This document shows positions 12,839-23,206 of a stretch of 64,000 bases of DNA, in pieces; position 1 is the stretch's first letter; every line of letters starts with the position of its first letter. The notes below the pieces were generated by a model. The model was not told the DNA's origin, made no database searches, and was given only the letters and a program-made list of their open reading frames with translations. Source of the DNA: Octopus sinensis (lineage: Eukaryota); contig NC_043008.1 in the NCBI RefSeq assembly GCF_006345805.1, forward strand, positions 27,404,001-27,468,000. The letters run 5' to 3'. Both the position numbers and the translations under genes were made by a program.

Positions 12839-13277
12839 ATTCCCTTTGGTAAACAAATAAGATCTAACCTACCGTTGCAGTTTCGCCAAGCCATTGCCAG
12901 AAATTTTCCCAGAAATTCGAGATATTACTCCACTGTAAATTCGCACAAAATAAGGATAGCTTTCTCAAATACTAAAAATCTTTTTCACAGATAATTGCCT
13001 CCCATAATAATAAGCTGCCCCGTCAAAGTCCAACATAACGCATAGTAATAATAATAATAATAGAAGTAGCACAGATATTAGCAGCCTTCATACCAACAGT
13101 GGAGTTAGTAATAGTAATAAGGATAAGAGCACTGATCTCGTCATTAACGTAGGGAGTCCCAACAATAATATTAGCAGCGGTTTTAACAACAGTAGTTTTA
13201 CGGACATTATCAATCACAGCATTCCCAGCAACAGGGAATATGCAGGTGAAATTGCCTTAAATAGTAATGATAATGGG

Positions 13278-13688
13278 GTGAATAATATCGAATCCAGCGG
13301 TAGCTTTTACAACCATAATAGTAATAAGAACGCTGTATTAGTATCGGAACCCAATCCCAATAGATTAAGGTTCTTATCTAGCAACTCCAAAATTAGAAAC
13401 GCCATTTATCAGTGCAGAGTTTATACTGAATCCGATGTCTTCCTTTATATCGGAGCTACATCATCAAAATTAGCGACGAGAATATCGAATCATTTTTCCA
13501 CGTTCCGAGATAGGGATAAGCAACACGCTACGGGGCTAAGCAAATTAGTCTGGCGTTTGAAGAACGCGAATTCAACTTTTAGACTGGAATGGTCAATTTT
13601 ATCGGTGTCTTTACCGTTTGATAAGGGCAAAAAAATCTGTGCCCTTTGTAACTCAGAACTATTTGTTCGCCCGAGGGCAGCTTGTTAA
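13278..13688 (+). CDS. PLE GIY-YIG endonuclease fragment
   Basis: NAIYQCRVYTESDVFLYIGATSSKLATRISNHFSTF..LSKLVWRLK..CALCNSE. Confidence 0.85.
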   Translation: MNNIESSGSFYNHNSNKNAVLVSEPNPNRLRFLSSNSKIRNAIYQCRVYTESDVFLYIGATSSKLATRISNHFSTFRDRDKQHATGLSKLVWRLKNANSTFRLEWSILSVSLPFDKGKKICALCNSELFVRPRAAC

Positions 13689-14326
13689 CTCGATTGTGCA
13701 GAATTCTTTCAGATGCCTCCACTGGAAAAGGCATACCATTCTCTCATACCAATGAAGTCTAATATAGATAACCCCTGGATTTCCTAATAAAATTTGAATA
13801 AAATTTGAAAGGTGATATCTCATCCCTGTTAGTATAAAGGACTTTATCATAGTTGTCAAAAACTACTGCCTTCCCTACAGTAACACTGTATCTTGTCATT
13901 GCTATTGTGGACACCCTCTCTCTATTAAGTTGTCACATACGAACACACAGACACAGCTTTTTCAGTTTCTTGACCGTTAATCCCTGCTTTCTCTCTCTCT
14001 TTCTGCCTTCGAAACGCATTCAAAGACGCACACACACATACATTAAGGCAATTTCTCACACTCAAACACTCTAGCACTCATTCTTAAAATAAATCAAATA
14101 TAAACACCAGTCATACAGAATACATTCACTCTTTGATTTTCCTGTACCCCCCTTCTGCTAACCGGATTCTGACCTTGAAGTATCTCAACGGACAATCTCT
14201 TCTGCTTTCATCCAATCTGGCGTCAACGCATATAGATAGACAGTTTGTATCATTAATTTCATGGGCTCCTCGTGAGCGTTTGTCGAAAAGCTTGTTGTGC
14301 ATTTTGTTGGAGAATTAAGTTCCTGG

Positions 14327-14412
14327 ATTTTCCTGAAGAGAAAGCTGCAAAATGGACTCCTTATTCAATCGGAATTAGGGACTTTGCAGACTTCGAAACA
14401 TATGTCGAAAAT
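14327..14412 (+). ncRNA. type I hammerhead ribozyme, canonical core, long stem II
   Basis: Stem I ATTTTC (14327-32)/GAAAAT (14407-12); core CTGAAGA (14333-39); stem II includes CTGCAAA/TTTGCAG closed by G14340-C14394; GAAAC-ATAT-GTC (14395-14406) gives a GUC cleavage triplet with palindromic ACATATGT. Confidence 0.85.
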
Positions 14413-14463
14413 AAAATAAAGGAATTTTGTTAAATCTTCGTTCAGCTCCATTCTTTCCTATAC

Positions 14464-14520
<57 letters not shown>

Positions 14521-14531
14521 GTATATACATA

Positions 14532-14564
<33 letters not shown>

Positions 14565-14574
14565 TTCATCAATA

Positions 14575-15255
14575 TCTATAAATCTGAAATGCGAAAAGTT
14601 TGTTTGTCTGGTTTTGGTATTGGAACGGGTTAAAGGGCACTAAATCCCGTCGGATTCACTCCGAAAATTGTAGGGACATGTAAAATGAGGTGCGAATATG
14701 AGTGGGCTAGGTTAGAAATCCCTCTATCAAAAGGTGTGGTTACTTGCGCAAAAAACCCACACTTTGACAAGACTTTTTCGTTACTCTTATTCTCTTATCT
14801 GCCTGTCTCCCTCCAGCTCTCTCTCGTCCCTCCCTTCCCTTCACGTACTCTCTATAACGACATGTGAGAGATCGACTATCTTTCCCCCGCCGCCTTCGCT
14901 TGCGTTCTCACTCTTTCCCTCACAGCCCTATTCTCTCTCTCTCTATGCCTGTCTGCATTCGTAGAGAGAATTATTATCGTCACAACCACCACCACCACAC
15001 AATCATGAGAACAAATATTTGTATTAATGCTTGTGTGGTGGTGGTGGCGATAATTATTGGGTTAATTTATACATGTGTGAGTGTGTGTTCTATATATAAA
15101 TATGTATATATAATGTGTATATAAAAAGTGTATATATCTGTATTTATATGTATATATATATAATTTGTATATATTTGTATATATAATGCGTACACACACA
15201 CGCACATATATATACTGCGTATACATGTACATATATATATTTAATGCGTATATAT

Positions 15256-15302
<47 letters not shown>

Positions 15303-15306
15303 TTAT

Positions 15307-15373
<67 letters not shown>

Positions 15374-16106
15374 TAATGTGTGCATTATGTGGTCGGTTGA
15401 GCTGAAAATATGCACACCTATGTTAAAAGTGCTGGCGAGTTTGCATGGCAAATGAAAGGCGTGACCTCTCGGACAAAATTCCTCATCTTATAAAATGTGG
15501 CCCGAGTAGACCCGAATGAAGCCGAGTTATATTAACCAAAATGTGAAAAGGGGTCTAAATGGGGCTGGAAGGGGAATAACATTTGCAGGAGCAGGTGCTT
15601 TGGAATTTTCTTTTACATTAAGTTCAAAATTTTACGCCAGCCGTTAAACTGCCAGTACGTTGCTGTCCGTCGTTAAGAAATGTCAGCAATGGTGACTCTA
15701 CTATCCTCAGATTCTATCCATTCAAATTTTGATTTCTAATATTTTTTTTTGTATTCAGCTCGCAAGTTGGTCTGTCCCTTTTAAATGCTAGTGGTTTGCT
15801 GTCTGCCTTGAAGCAGACCTTTCCGTTGTCACTGCCTGATATTTATGATTGATCTTTCAAAATGTTTCCTTTCTCAACTAACTCAAGATCTTTTCTTGTT
15901 TATAAATGGGAGAGAGATAGCGAAAGATAGAGTAAGAGAAAGCGAGGGAGAGTCCGAGAGAAAGGAAGAGTAAGAGAGTGAGAAAGTGAGAGAGAAATGA
16001 GGGAGAAACAAAGACGGAAAATGCGATGATAAAACACAGAAAGGAAGCAACAGAAAGCAAAAAAACACACTCTTACACGCGCATAGAGCGGGTCACCTTA
16101 AGCTAG
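14575..16106 (+). mobile_element. possible non-autonomous Helitron-like element
   Basis: 5' tctataaatctgaaatgcgaaaagtttgtttgtctg (TC start, GTTT/GTCT run); 3' degenerate hairpin cacgcgcatagagcgggt followed by CTAG (16103-06) and T; filled with microsatellites. Confidence 0.45.
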
Positions 16107-16414
16107 TATATATATATATATATATATTTGAGAGAAGATAAGGCTGCAGTCAAGTATTTAATGGCTAGAGGGGTTCATTAAGATCCTTTGAAGCCAGACG
16201 ACCTGACACCATAACGAGAATATATATAATTCAAAACAGATACCTAACGCTGAAAACTGATAGCAAAGCAATATACCCAGACACAGCATGATAAGAAAGA
16301 AAATCCATTGAAAATTTATTTCATAAAACCATCTTCAGTTTTATTGTATTTTATTTCATCACTATCATTTAAATAGATTTCGATTTGTTATTATTTTTTA
16401 TTATTATCATTACC

Positions 16415-16560
16415 AATAAGGCGATGAGCTGGTTGAATCGTCAGCACGCCGGGCGAAATGCCTAGAGGTATTTCGTCTGCACTTACGTTGTGAGTTCATA
16501 CTGAGGTCGATGTAATGTACATGATCCTTTTATCTGTCCTTGTTTGTCCTGTCTATTTTT
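16415..16560 (+). mobile_element. tRNA-derived SINE (octopus-type), internally deleted
   Basis: aaggcgatgagctggttgaatcgtcagcacgccgggcgaaatgcctagaggtatttcgtctg..tgagttca; same family as 42746-42975 and 61558-61760. Confidence 0.75.
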
Positions 16561-16578
16561 CACCTTCTTTTATTCTGT

Positions 16579-16591
16579 TTTTGTATACACT

Positions 16592-16636
<45 letters not shown>

Positions 16637-16765
16637 TTGTGTGTATGTGTGTGTGTACATACGTACATACATACATACACACTCCCACACACACAGAAAC
16701 ACACGCACATATATATATATATGAATATAGTTGGATACATATATACACACATACAAGCACACTCA
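16579..16765. repeat. 187-bp microsatellite-rich segment; empty-site inverted paralogue of 20334-24553
   Basis: Its reverse complement matches, in order, 24453-24553, 23112-23206 and 20334-20410, including unique stretches such as cactcccacacacagaaac and gaatatagttggatacatatatacacacatacaagcacactca. Confidence 0.85.
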
Positions 16766-16829
16766 CATATTCTTTTATTATTCTATTCTTTTCATTTGTC
16801 TCATAACAGCAGTCCTTATGATCCACCGC

Positions 16830-16990
16830 CTTTAAAGGATTTTAGACGAAAATATCCACTCAAGTACTTGTTTTTTAACGCCTTGTACTTATTCTATCGA
16901 TTTCCTTCCGAACCTTTAAGTTACGGGGAAAACCGCTCAAATCCAGACATAAATCAGCGTGTTGTCATGAGCAAATGCTTTTAATTTAGC
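16830..16990 (-). mobile_element. degenerate SINE fragment
   Basis: gtacttattctatcgatttccttccgaacctttaagttacgggg resembles the SINE body at 27850-27920. Confidence 0.55.
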
Positions 16991-18348
16991 CACAAGTAGA
17001 CACGATCTTTTGAGTGAATTCGCGTAGAAAAAATCTTTGTCGAAATTCTTCAGTGGGACTGCTCTACTAATTCCATCAGTTTTCCATGACACACAGTTTC
17101 ACACTGACTCCACTTGTGAATTAAGTTAAAGGAATATATTTGTGAGGAAATCTAAACCATTTTGCAAGCCGAATCATACGATGTGCGAAAAATTTAATTA
17201 ATATCAATGGCATTACGTTATACTTATTTGCATTTGGGTTTCAGCAAGCACTAACTAGGAATTACTTTTGGTGACAGTTGGAATAAATGTGCTTATATAA
17301 CTTGATGTACTTTCAAGTACTTATCTCATTGAATCGAAGAAAATATGTCTCTCTTTTGTTCCAAAATTTCTAGAATTGTTTCAGAAACATTTACAGAGCA
17401 ATCTCAAGAATAATAATGTACCGTTCACTGCTTTGTAGCGGATGTACGTAAAGTGAAATATGTCAGACAGAACTGTAACAAAGTGTTAATCTCATCACTT
17501 TGAGTACTGATCAAATATTATCATGATACAGTGAGAATTTACCACGTGTTACAATATATCGTGGTGTAGTAGCTGATTTGACAGTTATTTTGCTTCATGA
17601 AAATGTCATTATACGCGAAGTTTCCAATAATTTTTTGTCACTTCAGAAATAAAACAACCACTCATAAAACAAAGTGTTATGTTCTGCAGTTTGTTAGATA
17701 TCCATTAGTCATAAATGTCTTTAGTAATATGACTTGCATTCGATTATGTTATAATAAATTCCACTGATGTCACCAACATTTAGTTCCCCTTCTGCTTAGG
17801 GTTAATGGTTTTATGATCAATATTGAGATACTTCGGCTGTTAAAGACATCATATATTATTTAACTCCTTTATTTCACTGTAAGTCACTAAACATTGCATT
17901 GAATTGGCAAGTTACAGTTATAGAAAGTGATACATATCAAAACATAGTGTATTCCATTTGACTGTGAAACTAGAAGATGATTCGGAGATCACGCTCATCC
18001 CATAAGTTATACTTTCTCTTCACAAAGAATTAAAATGCGGACACAAACACCTCTATATATGATGAATAATTCATTGAATCGAAAATAACAAATTATTCCT
18101 TACATCTATAATATTCCGACTGAGAGGTGCAAAGGGGGCACTAAATGTATATCTCATTCTTTCGTTAGCAAGCGAACAATTAGCAAATATACGAATCTTT
18201 ACATATGTTAGTTTGTTAACATTGACAAGTTTTCAAGTGCTATGTACATACGAAACGGCTTTAGATATACTTGCAACCACAATTTTCTCTCTCACCATTT
18301 TTCTCTCTCTCTGTCTCTCTCTCTTATTGACCAGCACGCACATACGTA

Positions 18349-18392
<44 letters not shown>

Positions 18393-19126
18393 TGTAATTT
18401 CATGACTACAATTCTAAGATTTTGCTTGAACATATTGATGAAATATACGCAACTTTATACATTATTAGTCAAGTTTAATCCAACTTCAATATTCTACTTA
18501 TTTATAAGGAGGGAGAAATATTGACTTGCGTTAATTGTATACAGTCTCATACTATGTGTACTAAAGGCAACAAATTTTCACAACGAAATTATAGTTTACC
18601 TCCTAATATCTGCATTGTGTTTGATCTCCTAATATCTACATTACTTCATTAGATATATTAATTATAACATTCACATACGCATTAAAATGCACACACACAC
18701 ACACACACGCACAAACATACACAACAATCATTCGCGCTTTGTTTTTCACGAAATTATGCATTTAAAGTACAAATCATTACTTCAATAATAGTCAAAGTTA
18801 CGGTGTCAGTTTACATTATCTCACTGAATTTCTCATTGCTGTCTTCACAGAGAACCACAGCAGAGAAGAAACAGGGCTAACGTTTTGCACTGTTTATAAG
18901 ATATCGAATTCAGTTAAAATACAACTAAAATGTGGTGGTGAAAAGAAATCAGTTGGCTCTAGATTCCAGCCATAAGATAGGCCAAGCATCGATTAAAAGG
19001 AAAGGAACCTTGACAAAAGTATAACATTTATTGTAGAGTGTGTAGATACGGAAAGTTTATTCCACGCGCGCATGTGCAGACACATATGCGCACACGCACA
19101 CACAACCACGCGCACACACACATATA

Positions 19127-20333
19127 CAGCAGTGGCCAAAATTAGGGAGTGAAAATAAAATTTTAAAGATGCTTACATTTCTACATGATTTTTCCGAATG
19201 GTATCTTTATTGTATATACTTTAGTGTATGTTCATTACTTACGATAAATTTTGTAAGAAGTGATTAATAACTAAATAATTTCTCCAAGAGATAATATTTA
19301 TTTGAAAAATACATGAAGGACAAAATTAGAGAAAATTCAAAAAGTAAAATCTGGCAACACTCCGACCCATGTAAACTAAGTTGACTGAACAGTGCGAAGA
19401 TTTATATTGAAAAGAAGTGAATTAATAACCATGGAAAGCCAACGTAAATTTGATCACAACCCCAGGAAGCGAGTGGTCACATTTAAAAGAGAAAGAATGG
19501 CAATTTCTGCTATCGCCAGAGACATTAACAAATTAAAGAGCGTTGTTTCCAGAATACTCATGCTTTAAGAAGAAAAAAGCTCGTTTGTGTAATTAGAAAA
19601 ACGAAGGAGACAATCCAGAACAAGTATCGGGCAAGACAGTGTGATTCGGAGGCTGTCGTTAAGATATCGTTTCAGTACTGATGCAGGAATTTCTTGCTAA
19701 GTAAATCGTGATTATTAAATGAATGTGTCTCGGACGACTGTGGCTTGTCGTTTGAAGTAAGTTGGACTTCATGACTATTCCCTCCCCCTCTCATCAGTAT
19801 GAAAAACCGAAATGAGCTCGTACTTTGGATGGGCGACAGCTGGTTACGTTTGTCCTTCAGTGACAAAAGCAAGATCAATTTCGTTGACTCCGATGGTAGA
19901 CAGTACGTGAGACGTCATAAAAGTGAAAGATTGCTCCCGAAATGGGTGAAAAGATCAGTGAAGTTTGGAGGTGGAGGTTTAATGGTTTGTGGAATGATTT
20001 TCGTAACAGGTGTTGGGCCTTTGATCCAAGTCCATGATAATGTGAATGCAGCCATATAAAAAAGCATCTTTCTGCAGCATATCTGTACCAGTTATGAAGT
20101 CACCTCCAACTCTTCAGTTAATCTTTATACACGGTAATGCGCAATGCCACAATGCCAAAATTATTAAAGAGGTGTTTCAAAATGAAAACATTACTGTGAT
20201 GCGTTGACCAGCTCAGAGCGCTCACCTTAATCCCGTTGAAAAGTCATGGAAAATACTTGGTAATAAGATGAGAGAGCATCGACCTGCCAATTTTACGATT
20301 TTGTAGGTAAAACGCAAGGAAGAATGGAACGAA
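19127..20333 (+). mobile_element. Tc1-like DNA transposon, 5' part (decayed transposase)
   Basis: TA|cagcagtggccaaaattagggagtg terminus; peptides MAISAIARDINK, FSDKSKINFVDSDGRQYVRR, SVKFGGGGLMVCGM, PAQSAHLNPVEKSWKILG and KEEWNE, where it is interrupted. Confidence 0.85.
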
Positions 20334-20373
20334 TGAGTGTGCTTGTATGTGTGTATATATGTATCCAACTATA

Positions 20374-20414
<41 letters not shown>

Positions 20415-20552
20415 CGGAGATGTACTCGCATAGCAAGTAATTTGATCTGAGATCGTGTGCTGAAACGAAAACAATTGCAGCGTGGAAGGTGTTTATAAGC
20501 CATTTAAGAAACACACAAAAGCCGTTCGATTCACTCCAACATTTAAGTTTAA

Positions 20553-20602
20553 TTTGTCAAAATATTTTCGTCGCTAAAATCCGCGACCTGTTCACTGACA
20601 AA
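20553..20602 (-). ncRNA. hammerhead ribozyme motif with G3-C8 variant core (left copy)
   Basis: Exact reverse complement of 22980-23029: TTTGTCA-GTGAACA-G-GTCGC-ggatttta-GCGAC-GAAA-ATATTT-TGACAAA. Confidence 0.65.
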
Positions 20603-21616
20603 GTCCGTGCTGCATCTAAGAAAGTAACAGTTAGTTCGTCATATATATGTACGTATGTATGTGTGTATGTATGCATACATGTGTGTATGAATGTACGTAT
20701 GCATGTACGCACATACGCCTGTGTATGCATGTATGTATGTATGTATGTATGTATGTATGTATGTATGTATGTATGTATGTATGTATGTATATATGTATGT
20801 GTGTGTATAAGCACGCACATACACTCTATAAAACATAAAGTTATAAACCTGTAGCGATGGATGGATGTAGAGTGACCACTCATCACAACGCTATCAAATT
20901 TCAACTCCCTACGGCCGAGGCTAGAAAGTGAATTTATGACGCTTGCTCACAAGAACTATACCCTAAAATCTATTATCAGATTTTTATCTCTATATCACAG
21001 AACTAATGTTTTACTATTGTTCGTATGTATGTATGTATGTGCGTATGTATGTATGTATGTATGTATGTATGTATGTATGTATGTATGTATGTATGTATGT
21101 ATGTATGTACATACGTATGCATGTGCGTATGTATGTATACGCGCTCGTATGCATGTGCCCATATATGTGTGTGTGTACATGTACGTGCGTATGTACGTGT
21201 GTATGCCCATACGTAGGTATGTATGTATGTTTGTATTCATGTGCTACGTATGTATGTGAGTGTCTAGGAGAATGGGCAGATGTGTCCGTGAGAGTGTGTA
21301 CATGTGTATGTGTATGTGAACGTATGTCCGTGTACTGGCATGTGTCCGTCCAAGTTGTGTACATGACTGTTACTTTGCTGAAGGTTGTATACATATTTAC
21401 ATATATGTTTGTATAGACGCACACACATATATATATATATGTGTGTGGGTGTGTGTTTGTTCCTCTCATCATCGTCTAACCGTGAATGAATACAACGCCT
21501 AGGTGCAACTGTTCGTATCAAACAACGTCTGCTCATACCGTTGTATATAACTGCACATACGCATTGCAACCTGTATGTAAGGACTACAGGTGAAAGGGAG
21601 AGAGAGAGAGGGGTGG

Positions 21617-22306
21617 TTATAGAATAGTCCTTCTGAATGGGATCTGGATGTTATTCCATTCGGACTTTCGGTTGAGAGTAGGTTTGTATTCTTGTATACA
21701 AACAGCTTCTGTGACCTGTCTCAACATTGCATCGGTGGGATGTGTAGATAGGATGTTCAACTTAAGCTCCCCTAAGGATCCCTTGTGGCAGTCTACAGCA
21801 TGTTGGTAGAAGATGGAGTTTGGCTTCCTTTCAATGTAGTTGTCCAGGTGTTCTTTGAACCTATCATTGATGCTTCTAGAGGTCTCACCTATGTATGACT
21901 CCGGTTTAGCCGCGCAAGCTCCCTCCTGGCACTTAATCTGGTATACAGTGCCCTTGGTTTTACAATTTACGTGTGGATTTGTCGAACACACTGCACAATT
22001 ACTCTGACAGGTGATTCTATCAAATGGATATGATCTGCATAATGCCGATTTGATAGTCCTACCTGTCTTTTCTACAACTTTAACTTTTAGGCCCGTAGTG
22101 CGCAGGACTTTCTTGAATGCCTTACTTAGCTCGTTCTTAGGTGTGGCGTCAACGAACATCACTCCGTGAAATCTCCTGTTATCGTACCAAGTAACGTTTC
22201 TCATCTTTTTGTTGGTGTCCCTCTCTAACCTATTCCAGAACTTGTTGCGGTACAGGGGGCATATACCGCTATGGTTAATGGTACCATTAAACCATGTATA
22301 CTCCAC
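21617..22306 (-). CDS. PLE C-terminal ORF with GIY-YIG endonuclease
   Basis: Open 229-aa frame: FVDATPKNELSK..KVVEKTGRTIK..CxxxxCAVC..CKTKGTVYQIKC..YIGETSRSINDRFKEH..RQVTEAVCI..PTLNRKSEW. Confidence 0.88.
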   Translation of the reverse strand: MEYTWFNGTINHSGICPLYRNKFWNRLERDTNKKMRNVTWYDNRRFHGVMFVDATPKNELSKAFKKVLRTTGLKVKVVEKTGRTIKSALCRSYPFDRITCQSNCAVCSTNPHVNCKTKGTVYQIKCQEGACAAKPESYIGETSRSINDRFKEHLDNYIERKPNSIFYQHAVDCHKGSLGELKLNILSTHPTDAMLRQVTEAVCIQEYKPTLNRKSEWNNIQIPFRRTIL

Positions 22307-22639
22307 TCACACTATCAGAAACCGATGGCTAATCCACTAGTAATCCGTAGTGACTCAGCTATGTCGGATACTGCCAAACTCAACATCCTAGTGGCAGACT
22401 TAGTTAGAGTAATGAGGAATGTATCACCACTATGCCAACCACAAGAACGACAACAACACATCCAGCACTACATATTCCGAATGCAACGCTCCGGATACAC
22501 ACAAGACGATAGAGTCAGGGTGTACAAAGGAGCGAAAGCTAGATTCGAACGCATTCTAGGGAACGACGAAAACGGTATATGCCCCCTGTACCGCAACAAG
22601 TTCTGGAATAGGTTAGAGAGGGACACCAATAGATTTTAG
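22271..22639 (+). CDS. PLE RT thumb fragment, inverted relative to the GIY-YIG ORF
   Basis: HYQKPMANPLVIRSDSAMS..LVRVMRNVS..MQRSGY..GICPLYRNKFWNRLERDTN; the last 19 aa duplicate the start of the minus-strand ORF. Confidence 0.82.
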   Translation: MVNGTIKPCILHSHYQKPMANPLVIRSDSAMSDTAKLNILVADLVRVMRNVSPLCQPQERQQHIQHYIFRMQRSGYTQDDRVRVYKGAKARFERILGNDENGICPLYRNKFWNRLERDTNRF

Positions 22640-22979
22640 GGTATAGTTCTTGTGAGCAAGCGTCATAAATTCACTTTCTAGCCTCGGCCGTAGGGAGTTG
22701 AAATTTGATAGCGTTGTGATGAGCGGTCACTCTACATCCATCCATCGCTACAGGTTTATAACTTTATGTTTTATAGAGTGTATGTGTGTGCTTATACACA
22801 CACATACATATATACATACATACATACATACATACATACATACATACATACATGCATACACAGGCGTATGTGCGTACATGCATACGTACATACATACACA
22901 CATGTATGCATACATACACACATACATACGTACATATATATGACGAACTAACTGTTACTTTCTTAGATGCAGCACGGAC

Positions 22980-23029
22980 TTTGTCAGTGAACAGGTCGCG
23001 GATTTTAGCGACGAAAATATTTTGACAAA
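22980..23029 (+). ncRNA. hammerhead ribozyme motif with G3-C8 variant core (right copy)
   Basis: 7-bp stem I TTTGTCA/TGACAAA; core G3-U-G-A-A-C8-A9; one extra G; 5-bp stem II GTCGC/GCGAC; GAAA; palindromic AATATT stem III; UU cleavage doublet. Confidence 0.65.
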
Positions 23030-23106
23030 TTAAACTTAAATGTTGGAGTGAATCGAACGGCTTTTGTGTGTTTCTTAAATGGCTTATAAACACCTTCCAC
23101 GCTGCA

Positions 23107-23183
<77 letters not shown>

Positions 23184-23206
23184 CTGTGTGTGGGAGTGTG
23201 TATATA

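Larger units (their letters stand above)
12120..14464 (+). mobile_element. 5'-truncated Penelope-like element (RT, GIY-YIG endonuclease, 3' pLTR with hammerhead)
   Basis: RT with GLYRDD and NFLDVTLNL..PYHKP..SNH; GIY-YIG with AIYQC..LYIGAT..RISNH..LSKLVWRLK..CALC; hammerhead at 14327; ends in (TA)n at about 14465. Confidence 0.9.
20412..23111 (-). mobile_element. young head-to-head Penelope-like insertion with about 500-bp terminal inverted repeats, in a (TA)n target
   Basis: 20471-20974 and 22628-23111 are inverted copies (about 3 substitutions plus microsatellite length differences); minus-strand GIY-YIG ORF and plus-strand RT-thumb ORF diverge from a junction at about 22270-22295; extra 58-bp tail only on the left arm; flanked by (TA)n on both sides. 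Confidence 0.85.
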
